In this document: piece after piece, positions 1 through 14,578 of the stretch
Numbering within the stretch: the stretch's first letter is position 1
Layout of the letters: each line of letters opens with the position of its first letter
Origin: the human T2T-CHM13v2.0 reference genome, Homo sapiens
NCBI RefSeq assembly: GCF_009914755.1
Contig: NC_060931.1
Length of the DNA: 64,000 bases
Reading direction: 5' to 3' (one strand)
The notes under the pieces: model-generated
Seen by the model: the letters and a program-made list of their open reading frames with translations, nothing else
Told to the model about the DNA's origin: nothing
Databases searched by the model: none
Position numbers and translations under genes: made by a program

Positions 1-231
1 TTAAACAACAGAAATATCTCTGTTCTGAAGGCTGGGAAGTCCCAGGTTCTAGCCAGTTCCATTCCTGGGGAAGACACTGTTCCTGGCTTGCAGACAGCTG
101 TCTTCTCCCTAGGCTCTTACATGGCCTTATTATTTATCTATTTACTTATTTATTTAGTGTGTGCCTGTGGAAGACAGACCATAGCTCTCTTTCTGTTCTT
201 ATGAGGATACCAATTCTATCGGATCAGGGCT
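1..231. mobile_element. MaLR (MLT1-like) LTR, left part; continues at ~13141-13270
   Basis: Motifs TTAAACAACAGAAAT, GGCTGGGAAGTCC, TTCCTGGCTTGCAGACAGC and TCTTATGAGGATACC resemble MLT1. The sequence resumes at 13141 (GCCCCACTCTGATGACCTCATTTAAC). Recognised by eye. Confidence 0.6.
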
Positions 232-530
232 TGTGATAAGATAAATATATATTTGATCTTTGTCCCAGTTTCTGACACAGAACCCCTAAAGTTCTTGTAA
301 TTTCCTGAGTGATAAGTGTGCTAGGAGTACCTTTTGTTCTAATATTTGGTCTTTGACCCTGGTTGCAGACACAAGAATTTCTAAAACTCTTGGAGTTTCT
401 TCAGGGATGGGGAATGGGGATGGGCAGTGCCTTTTGTTATTCATAATAAGAACCTTTTAACCATAGAAGATTTGTGGTAATGATGTGACTCTTGCAAGGT
501 GGAATCTGGTAACCAGAAAGACAAACACTT
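232..530 (+). mobile_element. MER21-like solo LTR, left part (split by an Alu and the provirus)
   Basis: Starts TGTGATAAG; CTTTGTCCCAGTTTCTGACACAGAACCCCTAAA...TTTCCTGAGTGATAAG resembles the MER21 family. Continues at 12330. Confidence 0.6.
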
Positions 531-840
531 GGCCGGGCACAGTGGCTCACGCCTGTAAACCCAGCACTATGGGAGGCTGAGGCGGGTGGAGGTCAGGAGT
601 TCAAGACCAGCCTGACCAAGATGGTGAAACCCTGTCTCTACTAAAAATACAAAAATGAGCCAGGTATGATGGTGGGCACCTGTAATCCCATCTACTTGGG
701 AGCCTGAGGCATAGAATTGCTTGAACCCAGGAGGCGGAGGTTGCAGTGAGTCGAGATCACACCACTGCACTCCAGCCTGGGCGACAGCAACAGAACGAGA
801 CTCCATCTCAAAAAAAAAAAAAAAAAAAAAAAAAAAAACA
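531..840 (+). mobile_element. Alu (AluS-like), full length
   Basis: GGCCGGGCACAGTGGCTCAC head and poly(A) tail; imperfect TSD ACAAACACTT (521-530) / ACCAACACTT (841-850). Confidence 0.95.
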
Positions 841-850
841 ACCAACACTT

Positions 851-1337
851 TGTTATAAATAAAGTTTTGTTGCTGCAAAAGAAATAGCACTCGAATATAA
901 AATTTTCTTTTTAATTCTCAGCAAGGCAAGTTACTTCTATAGAAGGGTGAGCCCTTACAGATGGAGCAATGGTGAGCGCACACTTGGACAAGGGAGGGGA
1001 AGGGGTTCTTATCCCTGGCACATGTGGCCCCTGCTGCTGTGTCATTCCCCTATTGGCTGGGGTTAGACTGCACAGGCTAAACTAATTCTGATTGGCTAAT
1101 TTAAAGAGTGTGATGGGGAGAGTGGTTTGGCGGGAAAAATGGTTATGACAGAGCAGATAATCAGAATGAGTCAGGGTAGAGTAGGAAATCAGAGTGAGTC
1201 AGGGTGGAGAAGAGTCAGGGTGGAGTAGGTAATCGGAAAAGGTTGCTTTACGTGGAAGTTAAGTTTAAAAGCAGAAGGCAAAGAATTGAACATACATATT
1301 AATTCTTTGAAGAGAAATTTATAACTCATATTTAATA
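851..1337 (-). mobile_element. 3' LTR (LTR10A/F-like)
   Basis: TGTTATAAATAAAG...TTTAATA aligns with the 11559-12329 copy, contains TGAGTCA-bearing repeat units, and is adjacent to the PPT. Confidence 0.9.
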
Positions 1338-1350
1338 ACTTCCTCCTCTT
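1338..1350 (-). other. Retroviral polypurine tract
   Basis: Minus strand reads AAGAGGAGGAAGT immediately before the 3' LTR. Confidence 0.85.
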
Positions 1351-1359
1351 GCATTTTTC

Positions 1360-2264
1360 CTTATAGCTTTTTCTTTAACTCCTTTAACATGTCTTGGCTT
1401 AGTTGTTCTGCCTGATTTTCCAAAAGAAGGAGCTTCTCTGGTTAAGGTGGAGAATAGTTAAGGGAGATCTTAGTAAGTACCACTTCTGTGAGCCTCGGCA
1501 CCAACCCATGGATGCATGATATGACACAGCACCCGACAAGATTAAGTACACCTATTACGGCTACGAGGGAGGTAAGAATCGAGGTTATTACTCCTTTCCA
1601 TTTACCAAACCACTTTTCTAGCCATCCTGTAAAGGGGTCATTTACCCCCGAGTTGCTGGCTAATTCATTGGATAGAGCAGTCAGTCCTTTCAATGCCTTT
1701 GTTATACTTCCATTAGGGGCGGTGTTGAAGGTGCAACATTGAGTTTTAATCATGACGTAAACTCCTCCTCTTTTTGCTAATATCATGTCTAAGGCTATCC
1801 TATTTTCTCAAGCCATCTGGCTAGTAGCCCCTAACTGCTCAGCTATTCCTTTAACAGCATCTCTAGTGTAGTTAATAAATCGCTGTGGGTTGTAATAGAT
1901 GTAGTTTATCCAATCTACATTTTTATTAATTGTCACCCACCAAAATATTGAATCAAATCCTGCAGCTATTTCATTTCGGGCTTTAAATTGATCTGGTATT
2001 CCCCGTGGGACTTCAATTGTGTCTAAATAGATGTGAGAGTCGAAAGACCCATAAGGGACTTCTCTCACTTTACGATGTCTTATTTTTCCTTCCTCTGGTT
2101 GATGAAATGCCAGGGTGAAAGGGATACCCAACTGGACTAAAGCACAAGTGCCACTCCAGTTATTTGGCAGTGTCCAGTAAAGGTCCACCACAATACTACT
2201 ACACATCCGCTCGGGGATGAACAAGGGCTGACTGATTGGTAAGCTCTTGAAAATTCTTAAGCTC
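1360..2264 (-). pseudogene. env: ERV env, C-terminal SU and TM part (disrupted)
   Basis: Basic furin-like site RHRKVR, ISD-like ENRIALDMILAKRGGV preceded by an in-frame TGA, CX6CC reduced to YX6CC, and a hydrophobic anchor in ORF 1442..1786. Confidence 0.9.
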
Positions 2265-4637
<2,373 letters not shown>

Positions 4638-4716
4638 TAGAAAGAAAGAAAGGAAGAAAGAAAGAAAGAGAAAGAAAGAAAAAGAAAGAATAAAAGAAAG
4701 AGAGAAAGAAAGAAAG

Positions 4717-4747
<31 letters not shown>

Positions 4748-4776
4748 GAAAGAAAGAAAAGAAAAAAAGAAAGAAA
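4638..4776 (+). repeat. (GAAA)n-type polypurine microsatellite derived from the retrocopy poly(A) tail
   Basis: About 140 nt almost entirely A/G, between the polyadenylation site and the right TSD. Confidence 0.92.
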
Positions 4777-4792
4777 GAAAATTCTTAAGCTC

Positions 4793-5930
4793 ACTGCATC
4801 CCTTCAGGTCTCCAAGGAACATTAAGTTTCCTCCCTGTTGTGAGAGACATGAAGTGAACTTGGTGTTGGGAAACGGAAGCTGGATGGCCCTCAGGGGCTG
4901 ACCCGCAGGGTATCAGACTTTGGGATATAGCAGAGAGAGAGGTTGGCATGACTTGTTACCCCAGGCTGCAGAATCCTGGAAAAGAGCTACCATGCAACCC
5001 ATGCCCAGTCAACTGGAGGACCACCCTAGTGGAAAGGGGACAATCTGGGCTTCTGGCCTGCCACGTGCACAAGCATAACAGTTGCTTTTGTTTAACGTGT
5101 GGATGGAATATTTGATCCATTCCAACCAGGCATTTACATCTTGGTATCCAATCTCAATTGTCAAAGCTTGTTTTAAGTCTTTAACTTCTACCATCGCTAT
5201 CTTGGCCTTGTCGTTAGATGGAGGAGGAACAATGGTTCCGTTGTGAGAGGTTTTGGAAAAAGGCTTAGAGGAAGGTGCAGGCAGTGGGGGATCAAAGAAA
5301 CGCATTTCAAAGAATCCCATAGGGTCTGTTCCAGAAACCTCAGCCTCCATACCATAAAACCGGCTTAAAGAAGGAAACCGGTTTAGAAAAGGGGAAGAAC
5401 TTTGGGGGCTTGAGATAATAACCTGTATAGGATTGCACTGGTTTAGCTGACAGTTGAGGGTGCTGTCCCTTTAGTAAAATGAATGTATGGTTTTAGGAAA
5501 CTACAGAAACTGGTTGGGGCACTCCATCCTTGCTCTTTGGTGGTTCACAGAACATTGGACCAACTACGGCATAAAAGCTCTACATCGGGGGGCAAGACTC
5601 CCGGTTGCCACTGGGGTCTTTATCGAAATCTCCCCAGATTAAATGGTCCCAATTCACTAATGCCCAGTCTGAGGAGAGCCAGGAGGCACACAGGCACTTT
5701 TCTAAAGCAGAGGGCTGTCTTTGACTTAACAAGTCCCCACAGGGTATAACAAGGCAAGCATCAAATGCAATAGTTTGAGGCAAAATGGACTTGGTTATGT
5801 TAATAACTAGATGGTCAGCGATAGAGCGAGGAAAGAAGAAAGAGTAATAGAATAGATGAAAGAGAGTTACATTTTTCTTAGCTTTAGTTTGGTAGGGTTT
5901 CCCCCCACGACTATGGTCGTGGACCATAGT
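4793..5930 (-). pseudogene. env: ERV env, N-terminal SU part (disrupted)
   Basis: ORFs 5580..5927 and 5009..5350 (CXXC motif SNCYAC); frame MFLGDLKGCSELKNF runs up to the retrocopy TSD. Confidence 0.85.
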
Positions 5931-8900
5931 CCCAGGCGGTGCTTTCTTGACTGGTGTGGTGAGTCCATCCTCTCTCTGCTGTGCGGACTGAGGTTTCAGT
6001 AGTTAGGAGCACTAAGTAAGGACCTCCCCAGGCTGGCTCGAGCTTCTCCTCTTTCCAGCTCTTGATGAGGACGTGATCCCCAGGCTGATGCTGATGCACC
6101 GGGAACTCCAAGGGCGGCACCTGTGCTAATAGACCTTTAGTTTTAAGATAAGAGAAAATAGAAGATAGACCAACTATATAATTTGTAAGGAATTGATCTT
6201 CTGTTTCAAAGGTAGGTATATCAGCAGTGGAGTGCAAATAAGGTAATCCATAGAGCGTCTCATAAGGAGAAAGACCAATATCTTTCCGTGGTGCAGTTTG
6301 AATTCTCAGCAGGGCAATAGGAAGACACTTGTTCCATGGCAATCGAGTCTCTAAGACTAATTTGGTTAAGTGGTTCTTTAGAGTCTGATTCATCCTTTCT
6401 ACTCTCCCTGATGAGGGGGTGTGCCAGGGAGTATGGTGTTCCCATCTAATGTCTAATGTTTGGGATAGCTTTTTAATAATGTGTGCAGTGAAATGAGTTC
6501 CACTGTCTGAGTCAATATTTTCTATTAGTCCAAACCTGGGTACTATATTTTCAATTAGGGCCCTAACTACATTATTGGCTGTTGCATTTGAAAGGGGATA
6601 GCTTCGACCCAGTGAGTGGGGTGGTCTACTATCACTAGTAAATATTTTAGATGATCTATTGGAGGCATTTCTGTGTAATCAACTTGGATACTTTGGAATG
6701 GCCTTAAGCCTGGATTCCTTCCCCCGAGAGGTAATATTTTTATAGTATGTTAATTAGTTTTCTTAAATACTAAGCAACTATCTGTAACCTGTTTGGCCAG
6801 AGTATAAATTCCTATGCAATCATAAACTCTGAGAACTGCTCTCTGGTCTTGCAGTATCCATTTTCCTTCTGAATTCTCTTTAGCGCCTATTTTTATTAGT
6901 TTTTCTTTTTCAGCAGAAGAGAAAATGGGGATTATGGTAGGAGGAGGGAGGCAGGGAGTTAAGTGAAAAATACGCATTTCAGAAGACACAGCAGCCTGCT
7001 TGGCTACCTGATCTTCTAGGTTATTTCCTCGACTTTCAAAACAAAGGCTTTTCTGGTGTCCGGGAACATGGACAATAGCTATTTCTTCTGGCAACGGAAG
7101 ATTATTCAATAGTTGGGTGATCAGCTCCTTGTGAACAAGGTCTTGACCTTTACTATGAATGAGACCTCGTTCAGTCCAAATTTTCCCAAACGTATGGGCC
7201 ACTCCAAAGGCATATCTAGAATCACTATAGATGGTTCCTTCCTGGTGCTGCAAGTGCTTTAAGGCTTGGCTGGGTGCAAACAGCTCATACTTTTGAGCAG
7301 ACCAACTGTTGGGCAATTTTCCTGACTCTATTTCTGCAAGAGTTTCTCCAACAATCATTGAATACACATTATGTCTTTTTTCCTCAATCACCTGGGAAGA
7401 ACCATGTATGAATAAGTACCATCCAGTCTGGAAGGGGGTTTCTCCTAGGTCTGGTCGAACCTTTGTATGGTAATCAATTAAATCTAAACATGTGTGTTCC
7501 CTCCTTATATTTGAATTCCTTGTTAGGAAACCTGCTGGGTGGAGTGAATTATCAGTGGTCAATGTTAAATCATCCTTTTCTAACAGAATGGCCTCATACT
7601 TTAAGATTCTCGAGTCAGTAAGCCATCCCCCTGCTCTATGGTTTAAGATAGTTCTAATTTCGTGAGGCGTGCTTACTGTCAATTTTCTCCAAAGGTTAAC
7701 TTTCTGCTTTCCTCGACTAGTATTGCCGTAGCCACGATGGACTGGATGCATTGGGGCCATCCACGAGTGACTGGGTCTACGATCTTTGATAGGAAGGCTA
7801 CGGGCTGCCGATGGCCTCTGTGTTCTTGAGTCAGTACTCCTAAAGCTACCCCACTGTCCACATTAACAAAAAGGTGAAATGGCTTTTCTAGGGAGGGTAA
7901 AGCTAAAACAGGGGCAGTTATGAGCCTTTCCTTCAGCTTCTCGACTTGATCAACTTCCTCAGAAGTCCACAGGAGATGGTTAGGCTTCTCCTGGGCAAGT
8001 TTTTGATATAACAGTTTACTGTGTAGTGCGTATGAGTCAATCCATAAATGACAGTATCTGACTAACCCTAAACATTTCCTGAGTTCTTGTTTAGTTTGAG
8101 GCAAGGGTTGGTACACGATTCCCTCGATTCGTTCGGGCCGTATTCTTCACTTGCCTGCACTTATTAAGTGGCCTAAATATTTAACTTCAGGCTCTACATA
8201 CTGAAGCTTTCTTTTTGAGACTGTAGCCCTTCAAACTGCAGATGTTTAGGAATATGTGTAGAGAAGTCAGTTACCTTCTCTATATCTTCACCAGATATAA
8301 GAATGTCGTCCACATACTGAAGAAGGCATATTTGTTCTGGGATGACAATTCTTTCTAGTACTTGTTCTAAAATTTGGCCAAAAAGATTAGGGGAGTCTGT
8401 GAACCCTTGGGGCAAGATTGTCCATCGATATTGTTGTTTCCGCCCTGAGTGGGGATCCTCCCACTCAAAAGCAAATATATCTCGGCTATCTTCAGCCAGG
8501 GCACATGCCCAAAAAGCATCCTTCAAATCTATTACAGCAAACCATTGATGATTATATGCAATCTTGCTAAGAATGGTGAAAGTATTGGGGACAATAGGGT
8601 GGGTAGTCTGGACTATTTGGTTGATAGCTCTAAGGTCCTGTACTAGCCAGTATGACCCACCTGATTTCTTGACTGGCAGCATTGGGGTGTTATAAGGTGA
8701 CATACAGGGCTCGAGAAGCCCATCCTTAATGAGGCCTTTGATTATAGGTTTCAACCCTATCCTACCTTCTAGAGGAATAGGGTATTGCTTCCTTTTTACT
8801 ACTCCCGGGGTTTTTAGCTTGATGTGGGTTAGAGGCACTTGGAGTTTCCCTCAGTTTCTGTCTTTGGACCAGACATTTGGATTAACATATTTTTCATCTG

Positions 8901-9262
8901 CGGTGGTGAGTAGGTTTAATGAGGTGAGGAATCCTCTTGGGCTGACTTGTAGACTTATGGCCAACTTAACATTAAATTAGTTCCTGCTTCAGGGATTAAC
9001 AAGAACTGAATATGAGCTGAGCAATCCTCGTATCTAATTTCTGTGCTTTCTAAAATTTTTGCTCTAAATCCTTCCCCTTTTACCCTGGAGACTAAAAGTT
9101 CCTCTGAGGAGGAGACAAGATTAGATGGGGGAAACAAACAGAGGAGCGAACAGCCCCTGAATCGACTAAAAAGGTGATAAGCTCATGTTTAGGCCCCACC
9201 TCCAAATGTATCAAGGGCTCCTGGTGAGACTCAAGATAAAAGAGACAGAGCCCCTGACCCCC
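5911..9262 (-). pseudogene. pol: ERV pro-pol (protease, RT, RNase H, integrase), frameshifted
   Basis: Protease FLVDSGA near 9150-9175; RT LPQGF and YVDD in ORF 8194..8838; RNase H IYSDSRYAF in 6750..7760; integrase C-terminal GPY motif in 5911..6393. Confidence 0.93.
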
Positions 9263-10974
9263 CTATTCTTCCTCGAAAGTCATGAGTGGAAGGGCTTCTT
9301 TCTCCTTTCTTAGTTCAGGACATCCTCTCTTGAAGTGGCCTGTTCTTCCACATCTGTAGCACCTATCTTGTCCTTCCTCCCTCTTAGTTCTGGGATTCTT
9401 TAACCCTGCTCCCCCATACTATTTAGGGGGCATGGTAGACGAGGACCTTGGTCCTCCAGATGGAGGCTGGGGTCATTTAAAAGAGGGTTCAGACTCTTTA
9501 TAGTTTCTGGCTCCCTGGAAACTCTGTCTAGAAGTACCTGGGTTTGGAGCCATCTGTTGGAAGGTGGAAAACATAAGTTTTGTCTTTTGTTTCTGTTTTT
9601 CTTTGTCCCTTTTCATGTATAATTTCTGAGCTTCCCCAAGAAGCTCACTTAGGGGACGGTCTTCCCAATTGTCTATCTTTTGTAACTTTTTTGAAATGTC
9701 TGGCCAAATTTTAGTGACAAATTGGAGTTTCAACATTCCTTGCCCAAGGGGATCATCCAAATTGAGGCCTGCATACTGCCTCGTTTGCTCCTTCAGTCTG
9801 TCTAGGAATCTCATAGGCCCTTCATCCTTTTCCAGTTGTATATCAAATGCTTTAGAAAGATTTTGGGTTCGGGGTACTGATTCCCAAATTCCTTTTATTA
9901 TCATCTCCCTTAGGTCCTGCATATTTTCCCGGTGATCTGCATTGTTATTGTCCCACCGGGGGTCTCAGGTGCTGAATTTCTGGTCCGTTGTAGGAACGTT
10001 TTCACTGGGAGGGTGCTCACGTTCCTAAATTACCATAGCAGCCCTACAAATCATACTCCTTTCTTCCCCTGAAAAGAGGATGCCCATGATGGACATTAAC
10101 TGGACCCAAGTGTATAACTGAGGCCTAAGAATTGGTCAATTTGGTCTGCCACTCCATAAGGGGTCATCTAGTAGCAGTTTAAGCTCCTTTTTAAAATTCC
10201 GACTTTCTGAACTGGTTAAGGGAGCATTTACAAAGCCAATGGCCCCCTACTCCTTGTGGTACCTCTTTCAAAGGGAAGAAGGTTGGGGCCAACCTCTTAG
10301 GTACAGAGGGAAATGGGAAATTCTGAATATCTTTTTTACATTGTTCTATCTCATGCTGAAGTCCTTTTAGAGAGGGGTATTTAAGTTGGGAGGAAATAGG
10401 CTGGTGGGACGGTAATTTCCAAGAGTCAGAGTTGTAAGGAGGAAGGATAACGTGAGTAGAGTGAGGATTTGGAACGGGATCTGAGGCGGCAGTGGCTGTC
10501 TGAGGGGAAAGACTGGGGACACTGAACGGGGAAAGATAGTCTAGGGGATCCCATGTGCTGGAGTCTTCAGGCATGAGAGTTGGCTCCTCTGACTTTTCAT
10601 TTTGAGGTGCCAGATTGGGTTCTTCCCTATTTGTTTTTAAGGGGAAAAGGAGCGCAGGTCCTTGCCTCCAACAAAGGGCATAGCCTAGTTCTTCTGGAGA
10701 CATTGGACTTTTATCATTAACATATTGTATTAACAGCTGACACATTACATCCTCATTTGACCCAAACTTTGGCCAGAAGATTGAGGGTTTGAGGATGGGT
10801 CCCTGAGTCCAAATAAAACAGCAATATTTTATCATTTGTTGCTTTTTCCTACGTTTAGTCCTTTCATTATCCTTCCAGTGTTTTAGCATGAGACCTAGGG
10901 GGCTATCCGGTGGGGATATCTTTGTTATCATCTTTATCCCCCTTGCTTCCTGTCTTGCTTAGGGTATTTCCCAT
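9263..10974 (-). pseudogene. gag: ERV gag (disrupted)
   Basis: Start MGNTLSK at 10974 (myristoylation-type MG), PPY motif, MHR-like IQLEKDEGPMRFLDRLKE, CCHC knuckle CYRCGRTGHFKRGC at ~9320-9361, amber stop at 9263-9265. Confidence 0.9.
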
Positions 10975-10999
10975 CTTGATGGTTTGGGGGTAAGGTTCA

Positions 11000-11220
11000 A
11001 GGTTCGATTTCCCTTACTGGAAATTTCTTGCCTTTTGGGTGAGGCTCAATTTTCTGCACTGGAAATATCTTGCCTTTTGGGTGAGGCTCAATTTCCCCCA
11101 CTGGAAATTTCTTGCCTTTTGGGGTGAGGCTCAATTTCCTCCACTGGAAATTTGTTGCCTTTTCTACTACTGGAGGTTTGTGTGAGGTGCAATCCCCCCA
11201 ACTGGGGATGTCTTGCCTCT
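11000..11220. repeat. ~42-bp tandem repeat in the proviral leader (4 units plus 1 degenerate)
   Basis: Unit GAGGCTCAATTTTCTGCACTGGAAATATCTTGCCTTTTGGGT (11041-11082) and variants. Confidence 0.9.
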
Positions 11221-11537
11221 TTTTAACCTCTAAGCCACCCTGACCAAGGAGTACTTCACCACCCCCTTGCAGCTTTCTTACCTTGGTCCTGACCACCAAG
11301 GAAATACTTTACCAGCTCCCATGGTGTCTTTTCCTTGGTCCATGCACAGACTTGCATGGTCATTATGGAGGATCCTTTAAGATAGGTTGCTGGCCAGTTT
11401 CTTTCCGCGTTGCTGAGAGCTGGAGTTATTCCTCACACTGGGTGGGTCTTGATTTGTCACCCCCCAGGCTGCCACAAGGGGGCGGAGCGTGCCTCCTCAC
11501 AAGAGAGAACCAGAGACCACCCACGGAGGGGAATGTA

Positions 11538-11555
11538 ATCATGGGCAAGCCCCCA
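11538..11555 (-). other. Primer-binding site, tRNA-Pro-like
   Basis: Minus strand TGGGGGCTTGCCCATGAT vs PBS-Pro TGGGGGCTCGTCCGGGAT (14/18), 3 nt inside the 5' LTR edge. Confidence 0.8.
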
Positions 11556-11558
11556 AAT

Positions 11559-12329
<771 letters not shown>

Positions 12330-13140
12330 ACTTGACTGGACAGATGGAACTTGCAGCCCCACACCCTGACCTCTGAGAAAGGGAGAGGGGCTGGAGATTG
12401 ACCTAATCACCACTAATCAATGATTTAATCAGTTATGCCTGTGTAATGAGGCATCCATAAAAACCCTAAACGACGGGATTTGGAGGGCTTCCAGGTTGAT
12501 GAACACATGGAGGTCTTGGGAATGTGGTACTCCCAGAAGGGCATGGAAACTCTCTGCATCTCCTCCCCACCCCCATCCCTTGCCCTACACAGCACATCTC
12601 TCCCATTTGGCTGTTCCTGAGTTTTATCCTTTATGATAAACCAATAAACATAAGTAAAGTACATTCCTGAGTTCCGTGAGCTGTTCTAGCAAATTATCGA
12701 ACCTGAGTAAGGGGCTGTGAGAGCCCTCAATTTGTAACCAAGTTGATTGGAAGCACTAGACACCAGGGACTCGCATTTGGCATCTAAAGTGGGAGGCAGG
12801 CTGGGTGCAGTGGCCTGTAATCCCAGTTCTTTGGGTGGCTGAAGCAGGAGGATGGCTTGAGGCCAGGAGTTCGAGACCAGCCTAGGAAACAGTGAGAGCC
12901 TATCTCTATTAAAAATAAAAAAAGAAAGAAAAAATAAAGTGAGGGGCAGTCTTTTCATACTGAATCTTTAGCCTGTGGATTCAGACATTAACTCTGGATA
13001 GTTAATGCCAGAATTGAATTGAATCTTTAGACACCCAGTTGGTGTTTGCAGAAAATTGGAGAATTCCTTGGTGTGGAAAACCCACACATCTCGTGCCCAG
13101 AAGTGTTGTGAATATAGAAGAAAAGTAGTTTCCTTTTACA
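12330..13140 (+). mobile_element. MER21-like LTR, right part (contains an Alu monomer at ~12798-12935)
   Basis: GAGAGGGGCTGGAGATTGA...AATGATTTAATCA...GAGGGCTTCCAGGTTG...AATAAA; ends in TTTTACA. Confidence 0.65.
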
Positions 13141-13480
13141 GCCCCACTCTGATGACCTCATTTAACTTTACCCCTAAAGATCTAAATACAGTTGCATTGG
13201 GGATTAGGGCTTCTATATATAAATTTGGTGGTGGTGTTGGTGGTGGTGGGTGGGAGGGGGAATGGGCACAATTTGGTCCAAACCTTTGGGTTAAAAGCTT
13301 ACTAAAATTATATGTATTGTAATTCCAATGATGTATTGCAGGTGTATATGTATAGAGTATAGTTACATAGACTCTAAAAAGATGCTCCCCAAGTAACAAT
13401 GAACTGTGGTAGTAAGATTTAGGGATGCAGTGACAGGCATCTTTGGGACTCTCGGTTGTCTACATTAAGAATAAGTTATA

Positions 13481-14578
13481 GGCCGGTGAGGTGGCTCACA
13501 CCTGTAATCCCACCACTGTCGGAGGCCGAGGTGGGAGGATCGCTTGAGGCCAGGAGCTCAAGACAAGTCTGGGCAACATAGCAAAACCCTGTCTCTGCAA
13601 AAAATAAAAATAGCTATGTGTGGTGGCAAGTGCATGTAGTCCCAGATACTTGGGAGGCTGAGGTAATAGGATCACTTAACCAGGGAAGTCAAGGCTACAG
13701 TGAGTGTGATTGTGTCACTGCATTCTATCCTGGGCAACAGAGCAAGACCCTGTCTCAAAATGGAAAAGAACAAATTATAGAACAGAGAAGCAGAAAAGCA
13801 GGCATAAATAAAAGTTGATAGGCCAGGCATGGTGGCTCACGCCTGTAATCCCAGCACTTTGGGAGCCAGAGTTTGGGCGAATTGCTAGAGCTCAGGAGCT
13901 CAAGACTAGCCTGGCCAACATGGTGAAACCCCATCTCTACTAAAAATACAAAAATTAGCCAGGCATGGTGGCAGACGCCTGTAATCCCAGCTACTCAGGA
14001 GGCTGAGGCTCCTGAGAATCGCTTGAACCCAGGAGTCGGAGGTTGCAGTGAGCTGAGATCGTGGCCACTACACTCCAGCCTGGGTGACACAGCAAGACTC
14101 CATCTAAAAAAATAAATAAATAAAAATAAAAATAAAATAAAAGTTGCTGTATATCACCACCATGAAAACAAACGTTATGTAACAAATGAAGATTTGTCTC
14201 ATATAAGTAAACTTAAATGTTTCAAAAATCCAAAAGAATGTCATTTCTTTTTTTTTTTTTTTTTTTTTTTTTTGAGATGGAGTCTTGCTCTGTCATCCAG
14301 GCTGGAGGGCAGTGGTGTGATCTTGGCTCACTGCAAACTCTGTCTCACTCCCACCACCAACCCCTTCTGGGCTCAAGCAATTCTCCTGCCTCAGCCTCCT
14401 GAGCAGCTGGGATTACAGGCACCCACCACTAAGCCTGGCTAATTTTTTTTGAATTTTTAGTAGAGACGGGGTTTCATCATGTTGGCCGGGCTGGTCTCGA
14501 ACACCTGACCTCAGATGATCCACCCGCCTTGGCCTCCCAAAGTGCTGGGATTACAGGCGTGAGCCACCTCGCCTGGCC
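13481..14578. mobile_element. Alu cluster: AluJ-like (+, 13481-13760), AluS (+, 13821-14140), AluS (-, 14246-14578)
   Basis: Alu consensus heads and A/T tails. Confidence 0.9.

Noticed and set aside
5911-10974. Replication-competent retrovirus or intact domesticated gag/pol
   Set aside because: Every gene is fragmented by stops and frameshifts, and the integrase zinc-finger His region appears deleted.
11000-11220. Regularly spaced repeats resembling a CRISPR array
   Set aside because: Contiguous tandem units without unique spacers, inside an ERV leader in a primate genome; no cas genes.
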